In this document: piece by piece, positions 38,786 to 51,565 of the stretch | Position numbering within the stretch: position 1 is the first letter of the stretch | Layout: each line of letters begins with the position of its first letter | Source: Mobula hypostoma | Taxonomy: Eukaryota | DNA: 64,000 bases | Direction of reading: 5' to 3' | Assembly: GCF_963921235.1 (NCBI RefSeq) | Contig: NC_086108.1 | Location: 65,660,001 to 65,724,000 of the forward strand | The notes under the pieces: generated by a model | Seen by the model: the letters and a program-made list of their open reading frames with translations, nothing else | Database searches by the model: none | Told to the model about the DNA's origin: nothing | Made by a program: the position numbers and the translations under genes

Positions 38786-40445
38786 GTCAACTTACTTTGG
38801 CCAACTCCTCTCTCGTACCGCTGTAATTTCCTTTGCTCCTCTGAAATACTGCTTTGTTAGACTTTACATACTCCCTATCAAATTTCAAGTTGAACTCAAT
38901 CATATTGTGATCCCTGGCTCCTAAGGGTTCTTTTACCTTAAGCTTCCAAATTGCCTCTGGTTCATTACATAACACCCAATCCAGTACAACTGATCCCCTA
39001 GCAGGCTCAATGACAAACTGCTCTAAAAAGCTACCTCGTAGGCTTTCAACAAACTCACTCTCTTGAGATCCATTACTAACCTTATGTTCCCAATCGATCT
39101 GCTGTCATGGTCCGGTCAGTTGACTCCTCATTTCAGTTAATTTTCTTTTCTCCGTGTTCCACTGGGCTCCTTGATTTGGGCACCTGATTCTCATTCGAAC
39201 TGGTAGCATTAGAACTCCAGCTTACATCTACTCAGGGATTCGGTCTGCCACCTCAGCAGTGTGGCTATGCTCGTTTCGGGCAGCCAAGAATGAGTCGAGT
39301 CGAGGGCCTGCCATTTTCAGTTCCTGGGTCGAGTCGAGTGCCTGCCATCCAGCTGAGTTTTGCTGGCCATTTGCCGCTTCACGTGCTACCCAGAGTCGAG
39401 ATACGAATGGACTGTCATTGTTTGTTTTCGTTGTCTTGTGTCCGACTGAGTATTGCTTACCATTTTCCGCTGCTCCGAGCCGCGATACATATTGTCTGTC
39501 GTTGTATTCTGTTGTTGTCTCCCTATCCAAGTCCAAGTCCAAGCTCTGTGTCCGTGTCCAAGTTCCGAGTCCAGGCTCCGTGTTCCAGTCAAGTCCAAGT
39601 CCAGGCTCTGTGCTTCCAGTCAAGTCCAAGTCTGTCTCCGTGCCTGTGTCCTGCACTTGGGTCACTTCTAAATGCCGCATTGTAACACCTGCATGTTAAA
39701 ATCTTTCATGACTATCATAAAATTGCCCAGTTGACATGCCTTTTCTATTTCCCATTGTAATCTGTGGTCCACATCCTAGCTACTGTTAGGAGACTTGTAT
39801 ATAATGCCATCAGGGTCCTTTTACACTTGCAGTTTCTTCACTCAATGCACAAGAGTTCAACATCTCCTGATCCTATGTCACATCTTTCTACTGATTTGTT
39901 ACCATTCCTTACCAGCAGAGCCACATAATCCCCTCTGCCTACTTTCCTATCCCTCTGATACAATGTCTAACCTTGGATATTCAGCTCCCAACTACAACCA
40001 TCCTTCAGCCATGATTCAGTGATGGCCACAACATCATACCTGACAATCTTGTAGAAGTTCAACAAGATCATCCACCTTATTTTTTATACTCGGTGCATTG
40101 ATATATAACACTTTGAGGGGTGCATTTGCTACCCTTTTTGATTCTGCATCCCTCATGCACTGATATTCATCTTACTGGCTGCAATTTTGCCCCATCATCA
40201 GCCTGCCCTTCCTGACAGTCTGAATGCACGCTATCTTTGTTTTTTTTTTGCTATCCATCCTATCTGGATTCCCTCAACTCTGGTTCCCACCCCTCTGACA
40301 ATTAGTTCAAACCCTCCCCGTCAGCTCTAACAAACCTGCCCATGAGAATATTGGTCCCCTTTGGGTTCAGGTGCAACCTGTCCCTTTTGTGCAGATCATA
40401 CCTCCCCCAGAAGAGATACCAATGATCCAAGAACCTGAAGCCCTC
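38786..40445 (-). mobile_element. CR1 LINE 5'/endonuclease fragment carrying a solo LTR
   Basis: LCNEPEAIWKLKVKEPLGARDHNMIEF (38787-38975); the sequence resumes after 39692. Confidence 0.75.
39103..39687. mobile_element. Solo LTR (585 bp)
   Basis: TGTCA...TAACA ends; 5-bp TSD tctgc/cctgc; internal caagtc/gagtc tandem motifs. Confidence 0.8.
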
Positions 40446-41459
40446 TCCCAATTTTCCCTCCGTATTGTTACATACATTTAGAGTCAGACACCAATGTTTA
40501 GTTTAATTTAATTCTTTATTTGTACTGACTGTAAGTGTGCGATTCCATTGAGCATCCTGCCATTTCTTGCTGGCATGTCCTGGCAGCCACATGGAGTCTT
40601 CTTGGTCCTAAACTGAGCTGGTATGCTTGGGTTGGGTTGGCCTTATGGTGCCTTTCCTCACCACCGCCCCCCCCCCCCCAATACATGGTGGAATATTCCA
40701 TTTGTTTGGTATTGGGGATGAGTAAATGTGTATACGTTGCTTATATTCTGTAGTTAAGGTAGATGCCATTGTTTATTTAGTAATATGATTGTAACAGCAT
40801 TGTGGGATGCATCATATTCTAATTCTGTGTAGTCCTAGGTTAACGTTGTTGGTAATTAAAGATAGTATGTCCTAATGCCTGATAATCTGAGCTCATCACT
40901 CTCAGTATAAGGGAGAGAGAGGGGCTGCCAGGAAATTACACTGGACAAGAATAAGTACAGAGCTACTATTGTGTTTTCTTGTAGATATCTTTTTGTAAAT
41001 AGTGGCATTTGTCTTTTCACTATGTTCACTATTCTTTTAAGTTCAAATTCTTTTAAGATCATACCCCCTGAATGTAACACTAACCATGACCAAGCTCTCA
41101 AAGCACCTCATCACAGCCGACTTCAGAGCTACTGGATGATAGCTGACTCTGCCATTCTCGGGCACTGGTATGATTCATGTCCTTTTGAAGCTGATGTGAA
41201 GCTCCAACTGCAGCAGTGAATGATTGAAGCAGTCCTTGTACACTCGAGCCAGCTGGTCAGCACCCTGCCAGCTACACCGTTGGGGACCGATGCCTTAACT
41301 CCCTCGATCAAGATGCATTTGCAGATAGAGAGAAGCAGGGATAATGTTTCAGATTTCTCCTTCTACAGATGCTGTCTGAGCTACTGAGTATTTTCAGCAT
41401 TTTCTATTTTTGCTTTGGATTTCGAGCATCTGCAGTTTTTTTTTGAATTTTGCTGGATA

Positions 41460-43445
41460 TATCTTGTTTTCTTTGGGTAGTAGCAAGGTTGTGCAGGTTT
41501 TATTGTACCCAGATGGTAGAATCTAAGGATGTTTTCTTCCTGGATGACATATTCATTCAAATTGCTGAAAAATATTATGCATGTGCATTTGGTACATTAC
41601 GACTGAGGTCCAGTATGCAGCTGTCAATCAAACAGATTAAAAATCCCGCTAGCTTCTTGGCTGTCCTTTTCCAGCCTGCATATAGGCAGAGGGTAAAGAC
41701 CAAAGCTCCAGAGCTTAGGACAACAAAGAGATAGTCACAAGATGCAGAAGAGCAGCTTCAAGATTGCTGCGAGTCAGTGGACTGGACCGGGTTCAAGGAC
41801 TCATCTGTAGATTCAAATAGTGGTCATGAACTTTATTAAAGCAACTGTAGAGATGTGTGTCTCTTCAAAATTACTCGGAGTCTTCCCCAACCAAAAGACC
41901 CGTTTGAACGATGAGATCTGCAGTCTGGTGAGGCCCAGACCAGGCATTCATGAAAGTTACAAGAGGTCCAGTTACGATTTCCAGAAAGCCATCTCACGGG
42001 CGAAGTGGGAATTCTGGACTAAACTTGAATCAGCGAAGGATGCTCGACAGTTGTGGCAGGGCTTGAATACTATCACCTTTTATAAAGTTAAATCAAGCCA
42101 CATGGGTGACAATAGGGCTTTGCTTCCACATGAACACAATGCCTTCTATGCTTGCTTTGACCATCAAAACATGGAGAAACCATCATGAACTCCCTCTGCA
42201 TCCGATGACCCTGTGATTTCAGTCTCTGAGGCCATTGTTCAGGCAGCCTACGAGAGGGTGAAACCACGGGAAGCACCCGGCCCAGATGGAGTACCTGGTC
42301 ATGTACTGAGGACCTGTGCTGACAAACTGGCTGGAGTGCTCATTGAGTTCTTCAACCTCTTGCTTTGTCAGTTTGAGGTACCCACCTGCTTCAAGCTGGC
42401 TTCAGTTATTGTCTTGCCTAAGAATAGCTGCTCTACTGACTTTACACATGACTCCGTGGCGAAGCACAACTCTGAAAGCGTATTGAAGTTTGTTGATAAC
42501 ACCACTGTTGTAGGCCAAATCAAATGTGGTGACAAATCAGCACATAGGAGGGAGATTGAAAATATTGCTGAGTACCTTAACAACAGCCTCTTACTCAATG
42601 TCAGGAAGAGCAGGGAGCTGATCATTGATTTCAGGCGGAGGAAACCAGTGGTCCATGAGCCACTGCTCATTGAAGGATTGGAGGTGCAGTGGGTCAGTAA
42701 CTTTAAATTCCATGATGCTATAATTTCAGAGGACCTGTCCTGGGCCCTGCATCGAAGTGTAATTAGAAAGAAAGCATGGCAGTGCCTCTTCTTCCTTAGA
42801 AGGTTGTGAAGATTTGGCATGACATCTAAAATTACAACAACTTTCTGTAGGTGTGTAGTGGAGAGTATATTGACTGGCTGCGTCAATGCCTGGTGTGGAA
42901 ACACCAATGCCCTTGAATGGAAAATTGTACAAAAAAACAGAGGATACGGACCCGTCCATCATGGGTAAAGCTCTCCCCACCACTGAGCACATCTACACAA
43001 TGCACTGTTGCAAGAGAGCAGCATCCATCATCAGGGGCCCCCACCACCCAGGATGTGCCCTCTTCTCAAAGCTGCCATCAGGAAGAAAGCACAGGAGCCT
43101 CAGGACTCATGTCACCAGGTTCAGGAACAGTTATTATCTCTCAACCATCAGTCTCTTGAAGCAAGGGGGGGGGTAACTTCACTCAAATTCACTTGCTTGC
43201 CCCATCATTGAAATGTTCTTACAACCTATAGACCCACTTTTAAGAATTCTTCATCTCTTGTTTTTTGATATTTATTGCTTATTTATTTATTATTATTATT
43301 ATTATTTCTTTCTTTTTGTATTTGCAGTTTGTTGTCTTTTGCACACCGGTTATACACACAAGTTGGTGTGGCCTATCCCATTATGGATTTATTGTGCATC
43401 TCAGTGAATCTCAGGGTTGTATATCGTGACATAATAAATTTACTC
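41460..43445 (+). mobile_element. Rex1/Babar LINE with an internal RT deletion and 3' tail
   Basis: VFPNQKTRLN, DARQLWQGLNTIT, APGPDGVPGHVLRTCADKLAGV joined directly to FTHDSVAKH; LPSGRKHRSLRTHVTRFRNSYY; aataaa tail. Confidence 0.88.
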
Positions 43446-46057
43446 TGAAATTTAGACTTTCAACTTTGGTCTGTACTGCATTAACTAATTCCAAACAAAG
43501 TAGCACAAGATTTTCCTGGTTATGAATCAAGCATATAAGAGATTGGAACTCTGGTCTCCATTTTACCAAGAGCACTATTGGAGGTCAAATAAGAGAATGT
43601 GGAAATCTGATCTTTGCTTGATGGATACAGATGGGAAAGCAAAATATCCCAATATGTCTACTCCTCAGTTTTATCCCACTACCTCTGCTAAAAGTATGCA
43701 AGTGTGAGTAGGACTATCCTCAGTGCATTCATTCCCTCATTTGAATATTATTTTAAAAACTCACTTCATTAGCTAGATGATGTGATTTTAACTCTCATCA
43801 CAATCAAAATTAGTTATGTTTTATAGAAGTATCTGAATAAGTTCTTAGTGAAGTAAATTATTAAAGGCAGAAGGCTAGAAACACATTCTCCAGAAGAACA
43901 GTGCTGCTTATTATGTCAATTTCTTTGTCACTCCCTGCTAACCTGTTTTATGAATCTGTTCCCATTCATATGTAAACATTCCAGTAAACATAGTTTCTTC
44001 CTCTGAATGCTTTTAAAGTTTAGCTTGCACTCCTTGGAATCAATTTTTTCTCAAATTCTCCGTAGCTAATAATATGCCGAGAAAAAAGTTAGGAGTCTCC
44101 TTTATATTCTTGGGATCTGCCTGTATCCATAGAAGATAATCTTCCCTATTGCATTATTTATTGAAAGTTGGTTCACTTACAGGTATCTTGAAAATTCAAG
44201 TTCTTCCTATAAGCTTAAGAATGGCTAGGATTAAAACAGTTGTTTTTCACGAATAATTTTTCTGGAATTCATTTGAAAATCCTTAGCAGGAAGATGGATG
44301 AGAATTATATTTGCAATTTCCCAGTAGGTACATTGGTACTGTATCTCCAAATGTCACTCTGGGATCAATAAATCAGTGAGACTAAAAGTAGGTTGTTTTC
44401 ATATTTGTCCTGTCCCATCCATGAAGTGAAAGTGCTTGGAGCTGAGCTACCCAACATTGTTTATTAACATCCCTCATTCTCAAGGGTTTAATAAATTCAC
44501 TGAAACATTTAGATTTCCTTTGCATGAAATGTACAAAACGTGACTACAGTACTTCTCTGATAATCTGTGAATCCACCCACCATAACACAGATAATCACTC
44601 ATCATTTATTGAATCATTTATTGACATGTGCTTACACTCCAATGACAAACTTCATTCCTTGGATCTGCGTGGCAGCTCTCATATCACAGTACTAGTTTAA
44701 TGGACCAATGAGGACCCCCTGCAAACAGCAATTACAGTTCACTGGTTCAGTATGAACTGTGATCAGAATTTAGATCAAACTGCTCTCACACATTGCATCC
44801 AGCACACATAAACAAATCAGCACTATCCAATTCCGAGTCACTGGACTGTTAGATTACAAAGGAGACTGCTTAAGTGTATAGATATCAAGCCAGCTCCTTG
44901 TAACATCAATCTGATCAGTCCTGTTTCCAAATTCTTTACTCCAAAGCCCTTTTGCTCATGTCCCTTGACTCTTTTGCCAGAACTTAAAATCTATATCTGT
45001 TTATCTTTTGATTCTTAACTATTCTGATAGGACAGTTGCTCAATTTTAACACTGTTTATACTCTACATCCTCCTTTCAATCTCCTCTGCTGGCAATCTCA
45101 GATGAGAGGGGAAGTGTTGGTTATCTCTAATCTTCTTCGATAATGCCATGGGATCTTTCATGGCAACAGCCTTACTTTCATATCCAGTCTGAAACATATT
45201 TGCACAAGCAAAGTAATATGACTTCTATACTGCATTGCAGTGTTGCTCTAATTATGTGCTCTAGTCTTTGGAGTGGATCTTAAACCTATAGTTTTCTCAT
45301 GTAAAATAGACTGACATACTAGTCACTCCAATTAATTAGTTCAAGGGCAGAGAGTTGAAACTGAGCTTCTCACATTGATCTAATTTTAACACAATAAGAT
45401 CCAGGCAAGTTAATCTAAATAGGGAATATAATAATTCTCCACCATACAATAGAAGAGACCTTAAAAAAGAGGGAGCAGTGAAAAAAACTAAGGTGAGACT
45501 CCAGACATCAACAATATGTTTGCATTCAATGTCCTTATAAATATGCTATATAATTGCTTTATCTGTCAGGAAAATCCTAAGGGCAGAAAGTAATTTGGAT
45601 CTAATGATATATGACACTTTGCAGAGTGGAATTGACAAAAGGAAATTACCCACTGACTTTCAGTTGGACCAAAGATGTCAAGGTGTTCTTCCAAAATGAA
45701 GAGCAAAAGAAAATTGATTGTCATAAGAAAAGTACAATGACAGTAAAGCAGAGAATCACATAGGCGAAAGAGGATTGACCGCTGTGAAGCAAAACACAAG
45801 ACCTATAAAGCAGTTTAGAGCATTTCAATTACTAGTGTGCAACAACTTGTAGATCAATCATTGTTGGCTGTTGAGAAGCTGCCAACACTGGGAAGGCTAA
45901 AGTGAAAAGATTCAGTAAACCTGCTAAGAAAAGATAGATATATGTGATGATGGAAGAAAAGAACTTTGGTGAACAGATGGGAAGGGAAATAATTGGAGCA
46001 TGATAGGATGAAGCTAGTAGGCAATACAAGAGTGAAAGACAAAATACCTTGTGAACT

Positions 46058-46190
46058 CAAACAACAGGAATACTGCAGATGCTGGAAATTCAAGCAATAT
46101 ACATCAAAGTTGCTGGTGAACGCAGCAGGCCAAGCAGCATCTATAGGAAGAGGCGCAGTCGACGTTTCAGGCCGAGACCCTTCGTCAGGA
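46058..46190 (-). mobile_element. Single-arm Penelope terminus starting at the hammerhead
   Basis: Sequence matches the 17204 family; TSD cct(t/a)gtgaact at 46047-46057 and 46191-46201. Confidence 0.85.
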
Positions 46191-46201
46191 CCTAGTGAAC
46201 T

Positions 46202-47436
46202 ACCTGGTCCTCCACCTGTCTTTGTATTGTCTACAAATTTGGCCACAACACCATCAATTCCGTAATCCAAATTGTTGGCATATAATGTGAAAAGAAGCGG
46301 CCCCAATACCAACACCCGCCATCCACCAATCTTCTATCCATGCTAAAATCTTTCCTGTAATACCATGGGCTCTTATCTTGTTAAGCAGGCTTATGTGCAG
46401 TACCTTGTCAAAGGCCTTCTGAAAATCCAACTAAACAACATCCACTGATTCTCCTTTGTCTATCCTATCTGTTATTTCCTCAAAGAATTCCAACAGATTT
46501 GTCAGGCATGATTTTTCCTTAAGGAAACATACTGACTTTGGCCTACTTTATCATGCATCACCAAATACCCTGAAAACTTGTCCCTAATAACGCACTCCAC
46601 CATCTTCCCAAACATTGAAGTCAGAATAACTGGCCTAAAATTTCCTTTCTTCTGCCTTCCTCCTGTCTTAAAAAGTGGAGTGACATTTGCAATTTTCCAG
46701 TCCTCCAAAACCATTCCACAGTCCAGTAATTCTGGAAAGATCTTTGCTAATGCCTCCACGAGCTTTTCAGAACCCTGAGGTGTAGTCCGTCTGGTCCAGA
46801 TAACTATCTATCTTCAGAGCTTTCGGCTTCTCAAGCATCTTCACCTCAATAATAGCAACTACACTCACTTCTTCCACCTGATATTCTCAAATTTCTGTCA
46901 TATTTCTAATGACTTCCACAGTGAAGAATGACACAAAATACGTAAGTTTTTCTGCCAGTTTTCGTCTTCCATTACAAACTCCCCAGTATCATTTTCCAGT
47001 GGTAGAATATCCTCTCTTGTCCCTCTTTTACTCTTTATACAGTATATCTGAAGAAAACTTTTGGTATCCTCTTTTATATTATTGGCCAGCTTACCATCGT
47101 ATTTTGCCTTTTCTCTCCTATTTTTTATTGGTTGCCTTCTGTTGGTTTTTAAAGCTTCCCAATCCTCTAACTTCCCACTAATTTCATTATATTATATGCC
47201 CTCTCTTTTGCTTTTATGCTTTCTTTGATTTCACTTGTCAGCCACAGTTACCTTTAGAATACTTCTTCATCTTTGGGATGTATCTATCCTACGCCTTCCG
47301 AATAGCACCAAGAAATTTCAGCCATTATTGTTCTGCTGTCATCCCTCATAGTGTCCACTTCCAATCAACTCTGACCAGCTCCTCTCTCATGCCTCTGTAA
47401 TTCTCTTTACTCCGCTGAAATACTAATATATCCGAC
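46202..47436 (-). mobile_element. CR1 LINE fragment (same family as 1-1215)
   Basis: LEDWKIANVTPLFKTGGRQKKGNFRPVILTS; VLGPLLFTLYANNLD. Confidence 0.85.
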
Positions 47437-47449
47437 TTATAGAAACCAT

Positions 47450-47976
47450 GGTTTTCGGTCAGGTGCCAGACGCTCGGAGAGATTCGCCGTGGTTGAGTGG
47501 TCGGCGACTTGGGCTGGCTCCCCCACTGGACTTAGTCTGGTGAGGAGGATGTGAGGACACCCAGCAGGACTGAAAAAACAAGACTTGACAAAGGGCGGAT
47601 GAGCTCCTTGTGAGCCAACGGCCATCTCCTGTGGAAGAGATTAAAGCCTCACCACATATCTATGAATTGTATGCTATGCACTTAGTTAGAAGAGACATGG
47701 TGAACTTGGGCACTGCACCGTGTGCCTGGACTTGCCCAAGGCATCAGCCTAAGGGAGGGCCGAGCTCGAAGAAGCGGCCTCAGCTGGAGGCCGACATGGC
47801 CTCGGGCTCGTGTTCGGCGGGGGGGGGGGGGGGCGGCGGTGGGTGGTGCCAAGGTGGCCAGCGAGAACAAACTGGAGGAGAGGCTGTACTCAGTGCTGTT
47901 GCAAGATCGAAGAAGATGGAGGTGCATAGCCGCCAACCCTGGATTCAGGAAGTCACCCACTGACTGACTGACTGAC
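47450..47976 (+). mobile_element. Short RTE-tailed non-autonomous retroelement hosting a captured gene fragment
   Basis: 3' QDRRRWRCIAANP resembles the RTE ORF end and is followed by a (ctga)n tail; possible TSD agaaa(c/g)cat at 47441-47449 and 47977-47985. Confidence 0.55.
47714..47903 (+). pseudogene. ZFTRAF1: Circularly permuted fragment of the ZFTRAF1 (CYHR1) 5' coding region
   Basis: 47714-47746 encodes [11 protein letters not shown]; 47748-47898 encodes PKGGPSSKKRPQLEA...[16 protein letters not shown] (frameshift in the G run). The recalled gene order is ...KKR...[25 protein letters not shown]. Confidence 0.85.
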
Positions 47977-48029
47977 AGAAAGCATAACGAGCATTCTCAC
48001 ATCTGTCTGGTTTGGTGCAACATCCTCTC

Positions 48030-48520
48030 ATGATGTATGAAAACTACAGTAATCTGTCAGGATATCTGTAAAGGTCTTGTCTGCAGTCTACCATCACTGC
48101 AGGATTTATATGTGTCCTGGACAAAGAAGCGGGCAGGAAAAATCACTGGGGACACTCTCACCTTTTCCAAAAGCTCCCTTATAGAAAAGTACTGCAGGGC
48201 TATTAAAACATAAACTTCAAGCCATCTTAAAAGTTTCCTCTCCCAGACAGTTAATCTGATTCTAGTTAGCTCTCCAACTTGTTCTCTCTATTACCTCAAT
48301 AATGGCCCTGCACATTTAAGACCACTCTCATAATGCTGTTTACACTGATATTTATTTACATTTTATTTTCATATCTGTTCAATACTTCGACATTTATTTT
48401 AGACAATTTTTATTCTTTCTAATTGCTGAATGCTGTGTTTCTGCTGCATGTCGTCCCAACACATCACAGCAAATTCCAGATACATGTAAGTGGACGTGGC
48501 AAATAAAGTTGATCCTTGGA
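48030..48520 (+). mobile_element. Old Rex/L2-type LINE 3' fragment
   Basis: Degenerate 3' ORF followed by a tail ending gcaaataaagttgatcc. Confidence 0.5.
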
Positions 48521-48919
48521 GATTTCGAAGCAGCAACAATATCTGTCCATGGTGTTGGGTGATTCAAAAGGAAACCAACAGGTGGTGTCTTCATGCCATG
48601 GTCCTCCTTGCGTTCACAACCGGTGACTTGCTATCAGAGTTCACTAGAGAGTAACATTGAAATCTGTGGATGGTAAACACTGAGGCAGTGGTAAAGTAGG
48701 TGGAGGGAGTGAAAGCTGGGGGTGGTAAATGGGGTCTCAGTTGGTTTATTCTGGATGGTGCTCAACAGCCAGCAATCTTTTTCAATGAACAGAACCTGAG
48801 ACCCTGGATCACTAATCTGGACTACCTTATTGGCACTGCATGCTCATCAGTGATGTGTCTGCCCAAGACCGGATTGCCATCGATTACCAGTGTATGTCAA
48901 CTTGTATAACTGGTTAGAG

Positions 48920-49685
48920 TTCAATATATACAACTTTAGTGATGACATAAAATAGGTGAGAGAACATGTTAGGCCTCTGTGAGGAAATTAGGACTCTGAA
49001 ACAGGAAATAATAAGGCAAAATGAGTGCACCCAAATTTGGCAACTGGAGGTTAAATGTAGAAAAATCTGAGGTCAGGCACTTTAGTCAAAAAAGATTTAA
49101 AAATTATTACCTAAATAGGGAGAGGCTACAAATGAGTGGAGTTCAGAGGGATGGAGGTGTTCATAAACCATGAAACATGAAACACAAAACCTTAGCATGC
49201 ATGTTAAAACATCAAATTGTTTTATTGCATGGGAGCTGGAGTTTAAAAATAGGGAAGTATTTCAAAGTGTTGATGAGGCCACACTGGAGTACTATGCACA
49301 GTGTTAGTTCTCTTGCTTGAGAAATGATAAACTATCATTCTTGCTGGATGACAGCTGGCTAAAAGAATCAGACCTGTACACCTTGGAGATTAGAATGAGG
49401 GGTGATCTTATTGAAGCTCAAGGGGGCTTGGCAAAATAGATTCTGAGATGTTTCCATGAATGAGAAGGTCATGAATCTCTGAATTCTCTACTCCAGAGAG
49501 TTGTGGAAGCTAGAACATTAGACGTATTTAAAAAGGCTGAATGTATTTTTGAAAGATTGGGGAAGGGAGGAGTCTAGGAAAATGTCACAGAAGAGGAAGT
49601 GGAGCCCTGGGACAGATCAGCAGTAATCACTTGAAGTTTGGGCTGACTTGAGGGAACAAGTGGCCCTTTCCTGCTCCTGTTCGCT
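48920..49685 (+). mobile_element. Old CR1 3' fragment
   Basis: Degenerate equivalents of FADDTK, RPHLEY and MRGDLIE; CR1 3' UTR motif gatcagc...cctgctcct. Confidence 0.65.
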
Positions 49686-49939
49686 GGTATTTTTGTGTTG
49701 TACATCAGCAATCCAGTGGAAGAGCCTAGATGACATTTAGTAATCCCTTGACTGCTCCTTTGCAGATTCACCAATACTGATTACATGACATCGTAATTGA
49801 ATCCTTGATTCAGTTATTGAAATAGCTCACTGCAGCTGGCCTCCAACTTATCCTGTCATTGGTTGAGGACAAAAATTTTGTCTGTGCATTATTCAATTGA
49901 GTTCATATTCTCACAGCTGAAGGAAATAAGTGAAACAAG

Positions 49940-51565
49940 GCAACACTCACAACACACTGGAGGAACTCAGCAGGTCAGGCAGAATCTGTGGAAAAGATCG
50001 GTCAACGTTTTGGGCCGGAACCCTTCATCAGGACTGAAGAGGGAAGGGGCAGAGACCCTATAAAGAAGGTGGGGGGAGGGTGGGAAGGAGAAGGCTGGTA
50101 GGTTCCAGGTGAAAAACCACTAAGGTGAAAGATAGAGGGGTGGGGGAAGGGAGGCAGGGAGGTGATAGGCAGGAAAGGTGAAGAAAGAATAGGGGAAAAT
50201 ACAATGAGTAGTAGAAGGAGGCGGAACCAGGAGGGAGGTGGTAGGCAGCTGGGGGAGGGGGCAGAGTGACATAGGGATGGGGGAAGGGAGGGGGAGGGAA
50301 TTACCGGAAGTTGGAGAATTCTATGTTCATACCAAGGGGCTGGATACTACCTAGACGGTATATGAGGTGTTGGTCCTCCAACCTGAGCTTAGCCTCATCA
50401 TGGCAGTAGAGAAGGCCATGTATGGACATATCTGAATAGGAGTGGGAAGCAGAGTTGAAGTGGGTGGCTACTGGGAGATCCTGTCTGTTTTGGCCGACGG
50501 AGCGGAGGTGCTCGACGAAGCAGTCCCCCAATCTGCGTTGGGTTTCACTGATGTAGAGCAGGCCACACCGGGAGCACCGGATGCAATAGATGACCCCAAC
50601 AGACTCACAAGTGAAGTGTTGCCTCACTTGGAAGTACTGCTTGGGGCCCTGAATGGTGGTAAGAGAGGAGGTGTAGGGACAGGTGCAGCACTTATGCTTA
50701 CAGGGATAAGTGCCAGGTGGGAGATTTGTGGGGAGGGACGTGTGGACCAGGGAGTCGCGGAGGGACCAATCCCTGCGGAAGGTGGAGAGGGGTGGAGAGG
50801 GAAAGATGTGCTTCGTGGTGGGGTCCTGTTGAAGGTGGCGGAAGTTGTGAAGGATAATGTGTTGGATCCGGAGGCTAGTGGGGTGGTAGGTGAGGACAAG
50901 GGGAACTCTGTCCCCGTTGTGGTGGCGGGAGGATGGGGTGAGAACCGAAGTGCGGGAAATGGAGGAGATGTGGGTGAGGGCATCATCAATGACAGCAGAA
51001 GGGAAACCACGATCCTTAAAGAAAGAGGACATTTGAGATGTCCTGGAACAGAAAACCTCATCCTCGGAGCAGATGCGGCAGAGACGGAGGAACTGGGAAT
51101 AGGGAATGGCATTTTGCATGTGGTTGGGTGGGAAGAGGAATAGTTGAGGTAGTTATGAGAGTCAGTGTGCTTGTAGAAGATGTCAGTGGACAGTCTGTCT
51201 CCAGAGATGGAGACCGAGAGATCGAGAAAGGGAAGAGAAGTGTCGGAGATAAACCAAGTGAATTTCAGGGCTGGGTGGAAGTTAGTAAAGTCGATGAAAT
51301 TGACGAGCTCAGCATGGGTGCAGGAAGCAGCACCAATGTAGTTGTCAATGTACCGAAGGAAAAGTTGGGGAGCAGTACCAGAATAGGTTTGGAGCACAGA
51401 CTGTTTCACATAACCAACGAAGAGGCAGGCATAGCTATGGCCCATGCGAGTTCCCATAGCTACACCCTTGGTCTGAAGAAAGTGGGAAGAGCCAAAAGAG
51501 AAGATATTGAGTGTGAGAACCAGTTCTGCCAACCGGAGGAGGGTAGTGGTGATGGGGAACTGGTG
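49940..51565 (-). mobile_element. Penelope-like element with RT and GIY-YIG remnants
   Basis: QTKGVAMGTRMG and FLRYIDNYIG (RT, YIDD changed to YIDN); frameshift at ~51115; GVIYCIRCSRCGLLYISETQRRLGD; hammerhead-like motif at ~50000-50034. Confidence 0.92.

Larger units (their letters stand above)
33127..41079 (+). mobile_element. Gmr1-like Ty3/Gypsy LTR retrotransposon with SCAN-like gag, old and heavily nested
   Basis: TG...CA ends; 5-bp TSD ctaac (33122-33126, 41080-41084); 5' LTR 33127-33902 and partial 3' LTR ~40445-41079; tRNA-Leu-like PBS tggtggcagtgatgggat (33905-33922); STETYRQHFRS...PGESPTETY, CYYCQQPSCKSSVC knuckle, protease LDSG, RT pieces at ~36500-36655 and 37680-38085 (FGLPGARATFQRLMD). 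Confidence 0.88.

Noticed and set aside
39228..39699. Overlapping low-complexity ORFs
   Set aside because: Produced by caagtc tandem motifs inside a solo LTR.
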